DNA of 64,000 bases from Octopus sinensis. Taxonomy: Eukaryota. Within the stretch, counting starts at the first letter, position 1. The number at the start of each line of letters is the position of its first letter. Under the pieces are notes generated by a model, which searched no databases, was not told where the DNA came from, and saw only the letters and a list, made by a program, of their open reading frames with translations. Positions 26,301 to 39,544 of the stretch are shown piece by piece. The translations under genes were made by a program, and so were the position numbers. The stretch lies in assembly GCF_006345805.1 (NCBI RefSeq), contig NC_043000.1, forward strand, positions 54,684,001 to 54,748,000, read 5' to 3'.

Positions 26301-28039
26301 CGGAAATTAAAATAGATTTACCAGAACGCTTGTCATGTCAACGTTTCTAATTTATAGAATACCGAGCGAACGTCTGTCAAATATTATGATTTTCTGAAGT
26401 ATTCAATAATTATTAGTATCTCATCAGGGCATGATTGAGTGATCATTTATTATACTTAGGTTGCTCATCGAAGACTTTATTCTATTATGCATAGCAAATA
26501 TAAATTCTTAATACACAAGTTAGAAAGTTTTTAAATAATGTGAATTTCATTACAACTATATATTTTCTAAGGAGTATATAATCGTCATATTCATCCTATC
26601 GTAACTATAAGTATTAACACAAAATTATAGATATAAGTAATGAAAACTAAACATAGAATTTTTCCTTGCAAGAATACGCGCTCACGTACGTGTACAAGGG
26701 CAAAATATACACATATGTGTTTTAAACGAAAGTTATAATTTGTCCGAACCATTGCAGTATGCGACAACTTCACAGACGTTTAAAAAAACATTCGAACAAT
26801 GTAAACGAGAACTGACTTAAAACATGTAAGGTGATGTCAATGAATAAAGATAAGATGAAAAGAGATTTCCCTGCATTATCTGTTTATTCATCCTATAACA
26901 TTTAGAGAATATTCGCTATTTTCAAAGGGAAGAATAAAAATCAAATCGTTGTATGGCCTATGTTGTTACTGGCAGGCACAAACTAACGCACAAAAGTTAC
27001 CTTAACATTGACTCTTCCTGCTGAAACCGACACATCCCAACTAAATCTGGGCTTTCTTACCTCTATTTGACAAAAGATATTCTTCTCCGATATATTATAG
27101 CACCATTTGAAGCCTTTATATCTATTGATAAAACAATATATGGGCATACGTATTTTGCTTAACTTCACGTGTGCATTTGTCAGTGTTCTAAGATTTCTAG
27201 AAATAATCGTCTCATATTCATCTATTTGCCTATCAACTTACATATCTTTCTAAAATCAATGTATGATTGTTCGTATCTACCTATCTACATATTTGTGTGC
27301 TTGGGTGGGGTATGCATTCATGTATGTTTGTGAGAGTGTATGTGTGTGCGTGTAAGTGTGTAACGTAAGTGTATACATGCAATCTTTTGAAGTCTATACA
27401 TTTCGATTTATGATTATATGCTATTCTGTTAGCATCTCATTATATAAGTTCTAATTTACATTTTATTCATCTTCGTTTAAACTTCCTCTTCCTTTCAAAT
27501 TCCTTTCTCCTTTTTATTTCCATTTTCAGTTTTTGTTAATCGCAGCTCCTCTTTTGTCCAGCTTACACGCTTAGATGTCTATACTATATTAAAGCTAAGT
27601 TACGGTCATTTTCCACTCATTAAGCAAGGGATGCGTAGTTGTCTCCCTGTTTACTTTTCCTCCTTTTTATCTTTTTTCTTTATATCACTGAATTTTCTTT
27701 GATCTTCCTTCAATGCTTTCTTTTTCTAAGACTAAGATTTATGATTTCTCATGACTACTCGGCTTCTAAGTATAGTCTCTTCATCTATTTTTACATATTC
27801 ATTCACACATTTTTTTTTTTTACTTTTTTCATTTATACTTATCTCTCCACTAGACTCAATCGCCTTCACTTATATATCTTCTCGCTCCCAATTTGACACC
27901 ATTTCTTCGTATCACCCTCACCAAGCCACTATTGCCACTATAAATTCTCCGAGAATTTATGGTGGTAATAGTGTCTTTTGACGTCTATTTTTTATTGCGT
28001 GGTGAGGCGCAAGCCAAGCCCTTGTTATGATTATATATA

Positions 28040-28140
28040 TAATTATAAAATGTTTATAAAAATTTACCTATGAGTTTGTATTTCCGCGCTGACAACCTGG
28101 TAAAAATCATTTATGATTTTATCCTCTTTTATTATTGTTA
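28040..28140 (-). repeat. Short copy of the 5905/6388 repeat family between short (TA)n tracts
   Basis: Minus: AAAAGAGGATAAAATCATAAATGATTTTTACCAGGTTGTCAGCGCGGAAATACAAACTCATAGG resembles AAAATAGGATAAAATCTTTATAAGAATTTATCAAGTAGTTAACGTGAAAAACCTCATAAG at 6395. Confidence 0.5.
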
Positions 28141-28599
28141 TTATATATATATATAATGAATCCTACTTTCTGCATATAAACCGTTAACAGGCAACCTACA
28201 ATGGTTTCTGCTTAGATAACTATTTTAATGTAATACTACTTCAGTTACGTACGTTGGCTTATTTATTTATCCCGGGGATCAGTTATACAAACACTGAATA
28301 TATTATTCCCTCTTTTGGGTGATTTTGTTTGTATTTAAGACGTCTCAAATCTCTTAGTTTGTTTTTCTTTATTACATCACATCCATAACAGATTTCATCT
28401 TGAGCGAAAACAGCAACAAATTCCCTATCTATATTGTACAAATTAAGTATCCTATATAGAAGGTTATTTTACATAAAAGCAACATATATATATATACACA
28501 TACATACCTTTAGCTATCTTCTCTGTATAAACATACATATGCATACACATCCATATGTATACATATATTTGAATTTGTTTCATTGGAGATGCAAGAATA

Positions 28600-29055
28600 A
28601 ATTAATCAATAAAATTCCAACCTAGTCTGATTTTCACGTTTTATTATCTAAAATTTTTACAATTTTACAATAACATACAAATAGAATATTATACATTTAT
28701 TGTAATAAAACACGTACTTTCATGAGTTACGCAATCGTTAGGTTTATGTAGTGGTGGTGGTGGTGGTATTAGAGTAGTAGAGACGTAGTAGTACTAGTAG
28801 TAGTAGTAGCAGCAGTAGTAGTAGTGGCAGTCATGTTCCACAATTGAGAACAGTTGTTGATTGTGGAACACGACTGTCACTACTTCAACTGCTGCTGTTG
28901 CTGCTACTTCTACTACTACTACTATATAAACCTGATGATTGCGTAACTCATTAAAGTACAAATTTTATCACAATAAATATACATTGTATCATTATATTGT
29001 AAAATTGTAGTAAAAAGATTTAATAAAAATCAGATACGTTAGAATTTCATTAATA
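28600..29055. repeat. Diverged long inverted repeat (~200-240-bp arms, ~15-nt loop)
   Basis: GTACTTTCATGAGTTACGCAATCGTTAGGTTTAT...(TAG)n...GTGGCAGTCATGTTCCACAAT pairs with ATTGTGGAACACGACTGTCAC...(CTA)n...ATAAACCTGATGATTGCGTAACTCATTAAAGTAC. Confidence 0.85.
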
Positions 29056-31387
29056 TATATGTTTATATATTCAATGTATCGTATATGAGTGTGTATATAT
29101 ATATATATATTCACATACATATATATACATGTGTGTTTCGAGTGTGTGTATTCGCTGTCTGTGAAATGATTCTATACATGATAAAAATTGTATTATAATA
29201 ACAAAATTCTTTCGTGGTCGCATGCCAATGCTGAAATCTGTCACAATACAGGAGATAGAGACATATTTTTCTCAAAACTTTGGTAGCGATCATCGTGATC
29301 AACAACGTTCTACCGAGTGTGATTGTACGTGGTGTCTCGCTCCGCTCAAAAGAGAAGACAAAGCTCCCTTAAATCACAGTTTCGAAAAGAGAAAAACGCT
29401 TTGGATAGTGTGGATGAGTTACTCTATTCGTAGTGCAATTGTGTTTGGTCGCGCCTGGATTGTCTTTCATTATATATTAACTCAACTGAAACTGGCTTTG
29501 GGCGATATATGAATAAGAACAGACAAAAGTAAGAGAGGGAGGAAGAGAGCGTTATTGAAGGACAGAAACAGAATGAGAGAATAAATTACTGTTGTATGTT
29601 TTATTTAGGGTACGGAAGCGATATGTGACCATATTTCACTTGAGAATAAATTTCAGTATTAATCTCTAATTATGTTATTGAAGACGCTGAATAATTGGGA
29701 AACATACTGAAAACAGCCGAACAATGTACACATCATTGTATCAACATGAATTGTCTGACTGTGAAAGATGCTCGAATCAATACATGATTAGACCACATCT
29801 AGTCACAAATGCCGACAATTTGGCTAGTGTAGCATGCAAGATTTGTTCAGTAATGCTATATGCGAAACAAATACCTTAATAATTAGAAGCTGGAAAATGG
29901 TGGAACAAACTAGCGGAGAAATTATTTTTCTTTGTCTCCTCTCGCTCTCTCTCCTTCTTTTCCATCTCTCCCTTGGTTCTCTTCTTGCTTCTTCTGTTTT
30001 TTTTTCTTCTCTCTTCTTTCTCACTTCTCTATTTCTCTTCCATTTCCTCTCTCACAATCATTTGCCTTATTTCTACACAATTCTAGCAAGTCTGAATTTA
30101 GGACGCTGTTATCTTATGAAGCAATGGCTGCTGTGAAATGATATCTACTTATCGACAGAAATGAGAAAACAACTGATACAATAGTATGCTAACAATGTCG
30201 CTAATCATGATAACAACATTTGTAGACGCAAGAATAGAAATGATTAATCAAAATAGCACCAATATTAGCCTTAATATCATTACGAAATATACTTCTACTG
30301 TAACAATAGTGGTGATAGTGGTTTAGCTCTTGGGGTCGTGGTAGCGGCGCTTGTGAAGGGGGTGCTTTTGTTGGCGATGCTGATAATTTCTAACATTAGC
30401 ACAAGAATATGATCACTTTTTCAGGTTGGCATAGGGCTAGTAGAATCGATTAAGGCAATCTCGAGTACATGGAAAAGAGCGTATATTTCGGCACACCCTC
30501 GCGAGATTTAGTACAACAAATGTCTGGATACAGGTATTTGCTTTATAGTTAAAATTCACGTCAAAATCACGTAGCTGTCTTTCGGTATAAGTAGGTGGCG
30601 TGCATTCTGTAAGTGTTTTCAACAATAACGGGAAATAATTTTAGATTTCAAACTTCTGTGGGAAAACAACCTGGCCATATTGATCGTGCCACGAACAAAT
30701 TTCATTAGACACTCCACTTTTCACTTGGAATATTGTTTTGCGTGTTTCCTTAGGAGTTACTGTTTCCCTGGAACATTCTTTTCAATGTTTCACGCATAAG
30801 TAAACGTACTACTTCATATATCAAAATTGATTTATTACAGAAAATATCTGGATTCCCTTATGCAGTAACCATATGTTCGAGATACGATTCGGAATCTATT
30901 TTGTAGAAGCCATGTGTTCTTTAAAATAATATAAGCATTGATAGAGTGAATGCATTGCCTCACATATTCTTGTTGTGACGATCCAACCATATCTACATAT
31001 CAGAGTCTACATTGTCTTACGTATCCTTTCCGCCTTTAGTACAGTATAGTTTTTAGATGTCAGAGGTATCTGTCTACTATTACAAGCAGGTCAGTTTAGA
31101 ATTCTTCATCAGTATTTGTGAAACAAACTGCATTGTATTGCTTCAATTATAATGATGAAAAATGTGCTATCAAAAATTTGATTAATCACTCAATTAGTAA
31201 AACATTTCAGTTGACACAAAACAAAACAATTCATTATAATATAAACATAAAATATTATCTATGCTTTCAAAGGTCATCAGAAAGTGAGTTTCAATTGTTG
31301 AACTACCATGTATAGTGGTTCATTTCTCTCAGTAGATGAAGATCCATTGTTATATCAGCAATCATTCTCGACTTTGATATCTCGTAT

Positions 31388-31738
31388 TATTGGCATTGGT
31401 GTTGTTTCTGCGTTCAGACTACGTTTGATAGTCCACCTGAAACACTGTATTACTCGTATCAAATTAGCATCTTCCTTAAAAAGCTGTATAAGTTGTCTTA
31501 AAACTTAAAATCGTTAAGCTATAGCATATATCCCAAGTATGGTCGGTCTAGTGAGGCATATAGCGTTCAGTATCATTTAGGTGTTGTAGACGGATTCAAG
31601 TACCTCAGAAATATTAACACTCAGCATTTGTAGAATTATGGACCATCGAGTTGGTCAATCGATCAACTAGAAATGGTAGGTAAATCTATTTAAAATAGTA
31701 TCCTATGCTCTTCATAGAAGCAAACGGAGGACACAATG

Positions 31739-31784
<46 letters not shown>

Positions 31785-32142
31785 ATATACCCATTGTGTC
31801 CTCCGTTTGCTTCTATGAACAGCATAGGATACTATTTTAAATAGATTTACCTACCATTTCTAGTTGATCGATTGACCAACTCGATGGTCCATAATTCTAC
31901 AAATGCTGAGTGTTAATATTTCTGAGGTACTTGAATCCGTCTACAACACCTAAATGATACTGAACGCTATATGCCTCACTAGACCAACCATACTTGGGAT
32001 ATATGCTATAGCTTAACGATTTTAAGTTTTAAGACAACTTATACAGCTTTTTAAGGAAGATGCTAATTTGATACGAGTAATACAGTGTTTCAGGTGGACT
32101 ATCAAACGTAGTCTGAACGCAGAAACAACACCAATGCCAATA
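31388..32142. repeat. Near-perfect palindrome: ~353-bp arms around a (TA)n spacer
   Basis: 31388-31740 is the reverse complement of 31790-32142 with two mismatches seen. Spacer 31741-31789 is (TA)n; the right arm runs into another (TA)n. Confidence 0.95.
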
Positions 32143-32559
32143 TATATATATATATATATATACATGTATACATTCTCTCAGCAATTTGAATACATAATCG
32201 CTATTATAAATGTTATTATATGCAAACAAGAATATTAATAACAAAACATGTTCATTTTTGTTTTACATTTTTGTTTTGTTTGTTTTTGCAAAATATGATA
32301 CACTGTACAAGTACCAAAAATTATTGAAGCTTACTGTCTCAATTCGCCTCTTTCAATTAGAAACTGCATTCATCAGGTTTTATTTAGTCATCTTGATTTG
32401 TACGTTCCGTAGAGCACACATCAACGAATCGTTGGTATTCTGGGCATGTGCGAAGGTCTCCCTCTCAGTGACCCTGGAGATAGAGAAGACCAGGGCAATT
32501 AAATGCCCCATGCAATTCTCTCGATCCTGGGCTTCACAAATGACTCCGCCGTCTTGATG

Positions 32560-33000
32560 TAGGCTGCCGCATTACCTCTAAAAGCTTGGGGGAACAGTGG
32601 GTGTCATGACATGGCCTTATTATTCCAAGACTACCAAAGACAATGGAAACTGGAAATGCTTAAGAATGGGAGATCCATGTGGTTTGTTCAGAATCGTTTC
32701 TCATTCAGCCTGTTCACTTTTTTGATTTTAGATAAAGTTCTTTTCTTCAGAGAAGAACCATAGCATGTTGAAGTGCTTGGATTTGTTGCATAAGCCGTTC
32801 GACCAGATCACCGGGTCATATATTACATGAACTGCATTCTTCCTGTAACCCAAGATTTGTACAGGACATCGAGTACCACACGATCGTTTTTCACAATGTT
32901 TGACCTTGGAGAACGTGCTTCTTTTGCTACGAAAGACATTCTCGCTAGAGGCGATGAGCTCACTGCTGGTAACACCAGGTGACATTAAAGAAGGTTGGAA
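32560..33000 (+). pseudogene. Possible DIRS-type tyrosine recombinase remnant
   Basis: GC-richer island with ordered fragments YQRQWK, MLKCLDLLHKPFDQI (cf. WDL..VL..L..PFEP) and LTLENVLLL / ARGDELTA (cf. LtlKt.fLlala..R.sEL). Confidence 0.3.
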
Positions 33001-34029
33001 TGACTGAGTTATTGCGGTTGGCAACTAAAACGGCAAAAAAGGCAGGGTTTGTTTTAATTCAAAGCTTCTATGTTGGGACAGAAGAAGAGAAAGTATTTTG
33101 CTAAAGTTTAGGTTAGTTATGGTTCTTAAAATGTTTGCTTTGTAGGAATTATGCTCAAGATATCGGTTATAACGGTAGGCAAGTTTAATGAGTGGGTGAT
33201 CATACAGGCTATTCCAAGATCATTTAAATCTCTAATATAAGATAGATTAATAGAATATTTCGGTGGATAAACAATACATGTTAATGTTGAAGAAAATAAA
33301 AAGTGTTTGAAGTATGTATCTTGACAAAAGCAGTTAGCAACATAAAATATACCAAGTGTTTATCAGCGTTAGTTATTTGTTTTCGTTAAATTAAACGAAG
33401 TGTCCGTATTATTAATTTCACCTTAAGCGTGAATATTGAAAATGTCTCCATCTATACCAAATTCTGATTGGTTTATTCTGCCATTGTGCTAATATCTTGG
33501 AAATACGGATGTAATCATATTCCCAGATTGTAATTAAATAAGAAAATTTTATTTCAAAATTGAGATTAATAACTTTTTTGTCTCAGTGACCTATTAAACT
33601 CGGGAAGTGTTATATGTCTTTTCAGTTATCTGAGACATAATATCTTTATGTTTTGCACACGTGAAGAACGAAATTGTGTGACGTTTAAAAGAGAATGTTT
33701 CAGTCGCGTTTTATTCACCAGTAATGCCTAAAGTTATTTGGGTGTTGTGGGGTTCTGGAATGCATATATTTGCGTGTTGATTCTTCTTTCAAATGCTAAG
33801 AAAATTTTCCATTTCAAATTTTCATCAAAAGCATTTACCTAATTATACCGAATTAGAAACAAAAACATTTATTCCATTAGGATAATGTATTTAGCTAATA
33901 TTGCTGCAGAACTATTGACTAAATCTTTATATAGGCTATTAGCTTTCTGCCTATGCTCTAAACGTGAACATGATTTGAGTGAACATGTGCTTACATACCA
34001 AAACATGCATATTTTCATAAAGCTTCCCG

Positions 34030-34030
<1 letters not shown>

Positions 34031-34110
<80 letters not shown>
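34031..34110. repeat. Long (TA)n microsatellite
   Basis: Directly visible. Confidence 0.95.
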
Positions 34111-34111
<1 letters not shown>

Positions 34112-34245
34112 GTATTAGGCTGATAAACATATTATTGTAAATGGAGGAAATTAGACGGATTAGAGAAAAATCGATGTGACTCTCGCCCTTATCTCACTTC
34201 ATTTAACTTTTCTCTCATTTTCTCTCTGTCTGTCTTTCTCACTCT

Positions 34246-34314
<69 letters not shown>

Positions 34315-35454
34315 CAGTTCACGTGAAGAGAGAAGCGGAAAATAACATGATAAGTATCTTTATGGTTATTAAAATAAATCATTAATAAAAATTGCACTCA
34401 TATTAACTGCATTTTCAACATTCTTTCAAGCGTTATGATTATCTATAGTTTGGATTTTTCAGCAATTATATATTGATAGATGCTCCAGTATTTCCGGTTC
34501 TTTGTATGTTCTGTTCGAGATATATTTTAGACTATATAATAGAAATAAAGTTATTGATATTTCTGAGGAGTATTTGTGTATTATTCGTAATGACTGAAAA
34601 AACTTATTAATTTTGGCACTAATTGAAGAAAAAAAATTAAATCGTATACTGCATGAAGCAGAATTTTTAAGTAATAATTTCACTGGAAGTTTTTATTATA
34701 TGGTGACTTTCAGAACATATTTTTTGATACGATAGAGATATTTGTTATGTGAAATTTGAATATCTACCAGAATATGAGCTCAGGTAAAATCATCCTGTTA
34801 TTTTGTTAGTTTTTTTCTTATGAAGCTATTTATTATGTTTGTTTCAATTCACTATTCTCTCTGCCTTATAATTTAGCTGCGTTGTGTGAAGACTATCTAA
34901 TTTATTAATATTAGCTACATCAAATAATATTTTTACATGAATGCAATTTGCAAATTAATATTCGTAATATGTTAATACAGTGGATCTCCAACAGTTAAAT
35001 ACCAGTCTTCCTACCCACAAACGAATATTAATGTAAAATATTAACGTTCCAAACACCTCTTTTTAATCACAAGTAGAAAATATAGTTGCTGTGTCTACAT
35101 ACGTCTTCCAACAACATGATGTTGAATATGTTCAAAATTTGAAAGCTATTTGAAATTTATTGGAATTTGCCAAAATCGTTTTTTGACTTCACAACATAGT
35201 GTGACCTGGCGTCCCAAATGAAAGCAGTGAAGAGCTACCCTGATAGTATAGTTCTTCACTCTTGTTTCTTTATGTTGGTTGAAAATGTCTCACTTTGCAA
35301 TTTTAAGTTTCCACTATTCCACTATTTATCTATTCATATATAGGGTGGCCAAGTTAGAAATTTGTAGTAAGGTATATGGTAAAATTTGACAGCTGCTCAT
35401 TTTGCGCCATTATTATGTTTTGACAAACTTTATTTTTTGTTAGAACTACGTTAA

Positions 35455-35572
35455 GGGTACAAGTGTCTGTGGAGTGCTCAGACACTTGCACGTTAATTTC
35501 GCGAGCAGGCTGTTCCGATGATTGGATCAACTAGAACCCTCGTCGCCGTAACCGAGGGAGCGCCACGACGAT
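35455..35572 (+). mobile_element. Short retroposon 3'-tail fragment with stem-loop
   Basis: GC-rich; hairpin CAAGTGTCTG/CAGACACTTG; ends ...GTAACCGAGGGAGCGCCACGACG next to (TA)n. Resembles a LINE/SINE 3' tail from recall, not verified. Confidence 0.4.
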
Positions 35573-35653
35573 GTATATATATATACATATATATATATAT
35601 ATAAACATGTTTAGTATTAATAGATACATATATGTGTGTGTATGTATGTGTGC

Positions 35654-35717
<64 letters not shown>

Positions 35718-35729
35718 CATACATTTATA

Positions 35730-35930
35730 TAAATAAGAATAAGATCGTTATTTAAATATTGATCTTACCAGGTACCCATCATAGGAATAAAAACCTACAA
35801 ATGTAATAATTACTATTAAAATTATAATTTAGGGTATCTAAGATATACATTGAATGTGATTTTAGCCTCAAGTTTTGACTGCTATTTCCAGCGTGGTGGT
35901 ATCTCTTAGATACCTTAAATTATAATTTTA
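35730..35930. mobile_element. (TA)n-embedded short element ending in a 32-bp inverted repeat
   Basis: Arms 35817-35848 and 35899-35930 with 2 mismatches. Same layout and TTATAATT(T)AGGGT arm start as 5050-5227. Confidence 0.65.
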
Positions 35931-35990
<60 letters not shown>

Positions 35991-36224
35991 TGTGTGTGTG
36001 TATACACACACAGTGCTAGAAAGACTAAATATTATTTCCACCATTTGATTCCCAATTATAAAATTGTTATGATACTTTGTCTAATTATTTTTTGGTAGAA
36101 TAATGCTCATTTGCTTAGTAACTATTGCTATTATTATTCTATCAGTCATAATCTCTCTTTTTTAAAGAGTCAATCTATTATATATATTTATCATTAATAA
36201 TTAGTAGGACTTACATAGGTGAGC

Positions 36225-36240
36225 ATATATATATATATAT

Positions 36241-36287
<47 letters not shown>

Positions 36288-36294
36288 TATAGAT

Positions 36295-36346
<52 letters not shown>
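36225..36346. repeat. (TA)n/(TAGA)n compound microsatellite
   Basis: Directly visible. Confidence 0.95.
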
Positions 36347-36347
<1 letters not shown>

Positions 36348-36639
36348 AAGAGTGAAGAAGGGAGTTAGGGATTGAGTTATATACATACACACTAATACAC
36401 ACAAAAGTCTGGTGCTGTGACAACACATGGGAATGACGTTTCCTTACTTTTTCATATATACCCAAATTTAAAATGATTAAATATAACAACATCATTCATT
36501 CGGCATGTGTTGAAATATGCCAACAGAATTTAATTCGACAGTAATATATGTTACTTCACACATAATCCACGTGTTAATTCTATTTACTGAAAAGCATATT
36601 TTGCTTGGAAGCAGTATCTCCATGTAGACACAACTGTCA

Positions 36640-37420
36640 GTAATCATAGTGTGTCTATTTCTCTTAGTCAGTATGTTTACATTAGCCTTCTTTCGAACAC
36701 TAGATAATGCAACATACATCTGACCATGTGAGAGGAATTGTGTCGGTCCCTGTGCCTTGTTTCACGTCAAGGCAAAATCTGGCTTGACAGGAAATTCCAT
36801 TTCTAGAGATATACGTAGTATTCTTGGGATTAGCAGAGTTGATCATACATAAGCACTAGAAGCAACCTCAGCCTCAATAACATGAACATGTAAACTGACA
36901 ATGATGCAGTGTGTGCCATTGCAATATCCATCAGTAGCATCTAAATTTCTCAGAAGCATTATGCATCGTTTTTCTTCAGTTTGAGAATTTGTGGTGGAAA
37001 CTCTGATGGTGTAACTTTGTTGATGGACTCGATTGTGTACAGAGTTTCCTTATCAACTGTATCTGTGCTTCCGTATATTTTTCGCACGCCAGGGATCCTA
37101 TCAACAGAAAACCATTCACAAATTGTGCTGCTTCATTTGTTGCAGTAACGATGGTTCTATTTGCCAAGCCACACAGGGTTTGTGAAGTTAGTTTTGAGGT
37201 CAAGGCAAGTGTCATTGTGTAGTTTGATTTTGAATTCACCTAAGCTTTGTTCAACAGAAATGTTATCATTTACTACATCAAAGAGGTAATTAGCAAACTC
37301 TCTATAAGAAGTCTTAGATTGGTTGTCAACTCTACTACTTCCACATGATTGCAAAGAAAAGATCTCTTTAGTGCTGCATCAACAATTTTGCGATCTAACA
37401 CAGTTATTTTGAAGTAGAAT
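36640..37420 (-). pseudogene. Helitron RepHel PIF1-helicase C-terminal remnant
   Basis: Ordered motifs: IVDAALKRSFL..VVELTTNLRL, NRTIVTATNEAAQFVN, MLLRNLDATDGYCNGT, FPVKPDFALT*NKAQG, FLSHGQMYVALSSV. Stops, frameshifts and deletions. Confidence 0.85.
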
Positions 37421-37624
37421 ATTCTCCTCTCGAGATACACTAACCAGTCAGTCATGTGTAGCAGAAACAGAATCATGTCTACGTCTCCGTGCATATTCAG
37501 GCATCTATTTCAGTCGCTTTGCCCAAGTTTCATCTGATTGAGTTGCCCATCTTTCTCTCTCCCGTTGTTCCTTTGCTGCTAAATTTTCTTTTTCAATCGC
37601 GTATTATATATTATAAAAGCTGTT

Positions 37625-38195
37625 TAGTGTGCTAGAAATAGTTATTATTCTAAGGCTTATAGCGTTCCAGCAAAATCATCTCTTCATACAAAAAATAAAA
37701 ATTATACCAGTATTTTAAGGAATATTCAACTTGTCAAAAGTATTCATTTAGTAAACTCCGGATACTGATAAAATTCCTGAAATTGTGCCTCGTATCAAAG
37801 TTACACAGCTATTTTGTATAAGATGAAATGAAAAAATCGTATAAGTGAAAGCTCGTTAGCGTGCTAGAAATAGCAGCGATAACAATTATTATTTTAAGGC
37901 TTATAGCGTTCCAAGTAGTCATACCAATAAAAACATTTATTTATTTTTTAAAATCTTACCGGTATATCAAACAATTTTCGTTTTATCAAATCTATTCATT
38001 TAACAAAGTCCGGAAACTGACAATAGTCTGGAAATTGTGTCTCGTATCTAAGTTATACAGCTTATTTTATGTAATAACATGCATTCATTCAACACAAAAT
38101 CACTTAACAATTATACCGGTATATTAAAAAAAATTCCTTTTATCAAAAATATTATTTTAAGAAACTCCGGAATCTGTATCAAAGTTATATAGCTA
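37625..38195. repeat. Diverged tandem repeat (~230-bp unit, two copies plus a partial third)
   Basis: GTGCTAGAAATAG...TAAGGCTTATAGCGTTCCA...TCCGGA.ACTGA...GAAATTGTG.CTCGTATC.AAGTTA.ACAGCT at ~37628 and ~37861; partial at ~38110. Confidence 0.75.
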
Positions 38196-38914
38196 TATTA
38201 GATTATCATTAATGAAAATAGAGGCGAGTGAGAATGAGAGACTTGCAAATAAAAGCGTAAAATGTTGCCTGCAACGAATTAATGGTGTTTATTATTAAAC
38301 ATTATAATTTACTCAGCAGTGAATGCAATGAATATTTAAATTCATGAAGCGTCGGACGCAGTAAATGCAATAGATATTTAAATTTGCGAGAATGTGGAGT
38401 TTAAAAATTCAATAAACTTCAGAAATCGAAAATATAGGTAATTTGTAAGAACATGAATTTATTAAAATATTTACAGATAGTCAAGCTTTTAATATTGCTT
38501 TCTTTTAGTACTTTTAGAAATTGTTACATACCTAATTAATAAGCAGTTTTCTCCATTACAGTATATATGCTTATGTCAAAACATATCGGCAGAATCTAGG
38601 TAGTACGTTTTTACTGCTTTATAAATGCACATTATTTTAGCATAAATGTATTCCATCTTATAGCTCTATTTTAGGTATTCCATTATTGATAGTTGAGCTT
38701 CATTCATATTGCATGTCTTACCAGCATTCTTACCAGATGCATGCTATATGTATACGGATATACACTATAGAAAACATGCAATCTTGCAGATAGCATTTTC
38801 GTACTAGTGTATACTGTTATGTTCTAGTTTAATATGCTGTATGAAATTATAAAACAAATTTTGAGAATGCACAAGTCTCTGCATTCTGTAACGTTATATA
38901 TTCTTATTTTTCAT

Positions 38915-39165
38915 TTGTTTCAGTCATTTGACTGCGGTCATGCTGGAGCAACGCCTTTATTCGAACAAATCGACCCCAGAACTTATTCTTCGTAAGCCTA
39001 GTACGTATTCTATCAATCCCTTTTACTGAACCGCTAAGTTACGAGAACGTCAACATTCCAGCATCGGTTGTCAAGCGATGGTGGAAGGGGGAACAAACAC
39101 AAACACACAAACATACACACTCATACACACACACAAATACATATATCTATATATATATACATATA

Positions 39166-39206
<41 letters not shown>

Positions 39207-39362
39207 ATACGATCCGCTTCTTCAGTTTCCGCCTACTAAATCCACTCACAAGGCTTTGGTCAGTCGGAGGCTATAGTAGAAGACATATGCTAAAGGTGCC
39301 AAGCATTGGGACTGAACCTGGAACCATGTGGTTGGTAAGCAGGCTACTTACCACATAGCCAC
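38915..39362 (-). mobile_element. SINE family B copy
   Basis: Collinear with 5477-5896 and 53567-53947; head GTGGCTATGTGGTAAGTAGC...GGTTCAGTCCCA..GGCACCTT. Confidence 0.9.
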
Positions 39363-39544
39363 TATATATATATATGCATATATACATATATATATATGTT
39401 GTATTTTGTCTCACGGTCTCTTTCAATCTTTCTTTTCCATAAATAAAGACGAGAAACAAAGAAACCGATTAATTTTACCTCTTACATGATTCAGGTGGAC
39501 TAGTTTAAAAACAAAAGGAAGAATCAGTAATACCTTGAATTAAT

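Noticed and set aside
29222-29512. 96-aa ATG ORF
   Set aside because: No recognisable domain or splice support; this length is expected by chance.
35095-35360. YVFQQ-containing Tc1/maT-like transposase trace with a TAGGGTGGCC end
   Set aside because: Only one short motif and no matching second TIR.
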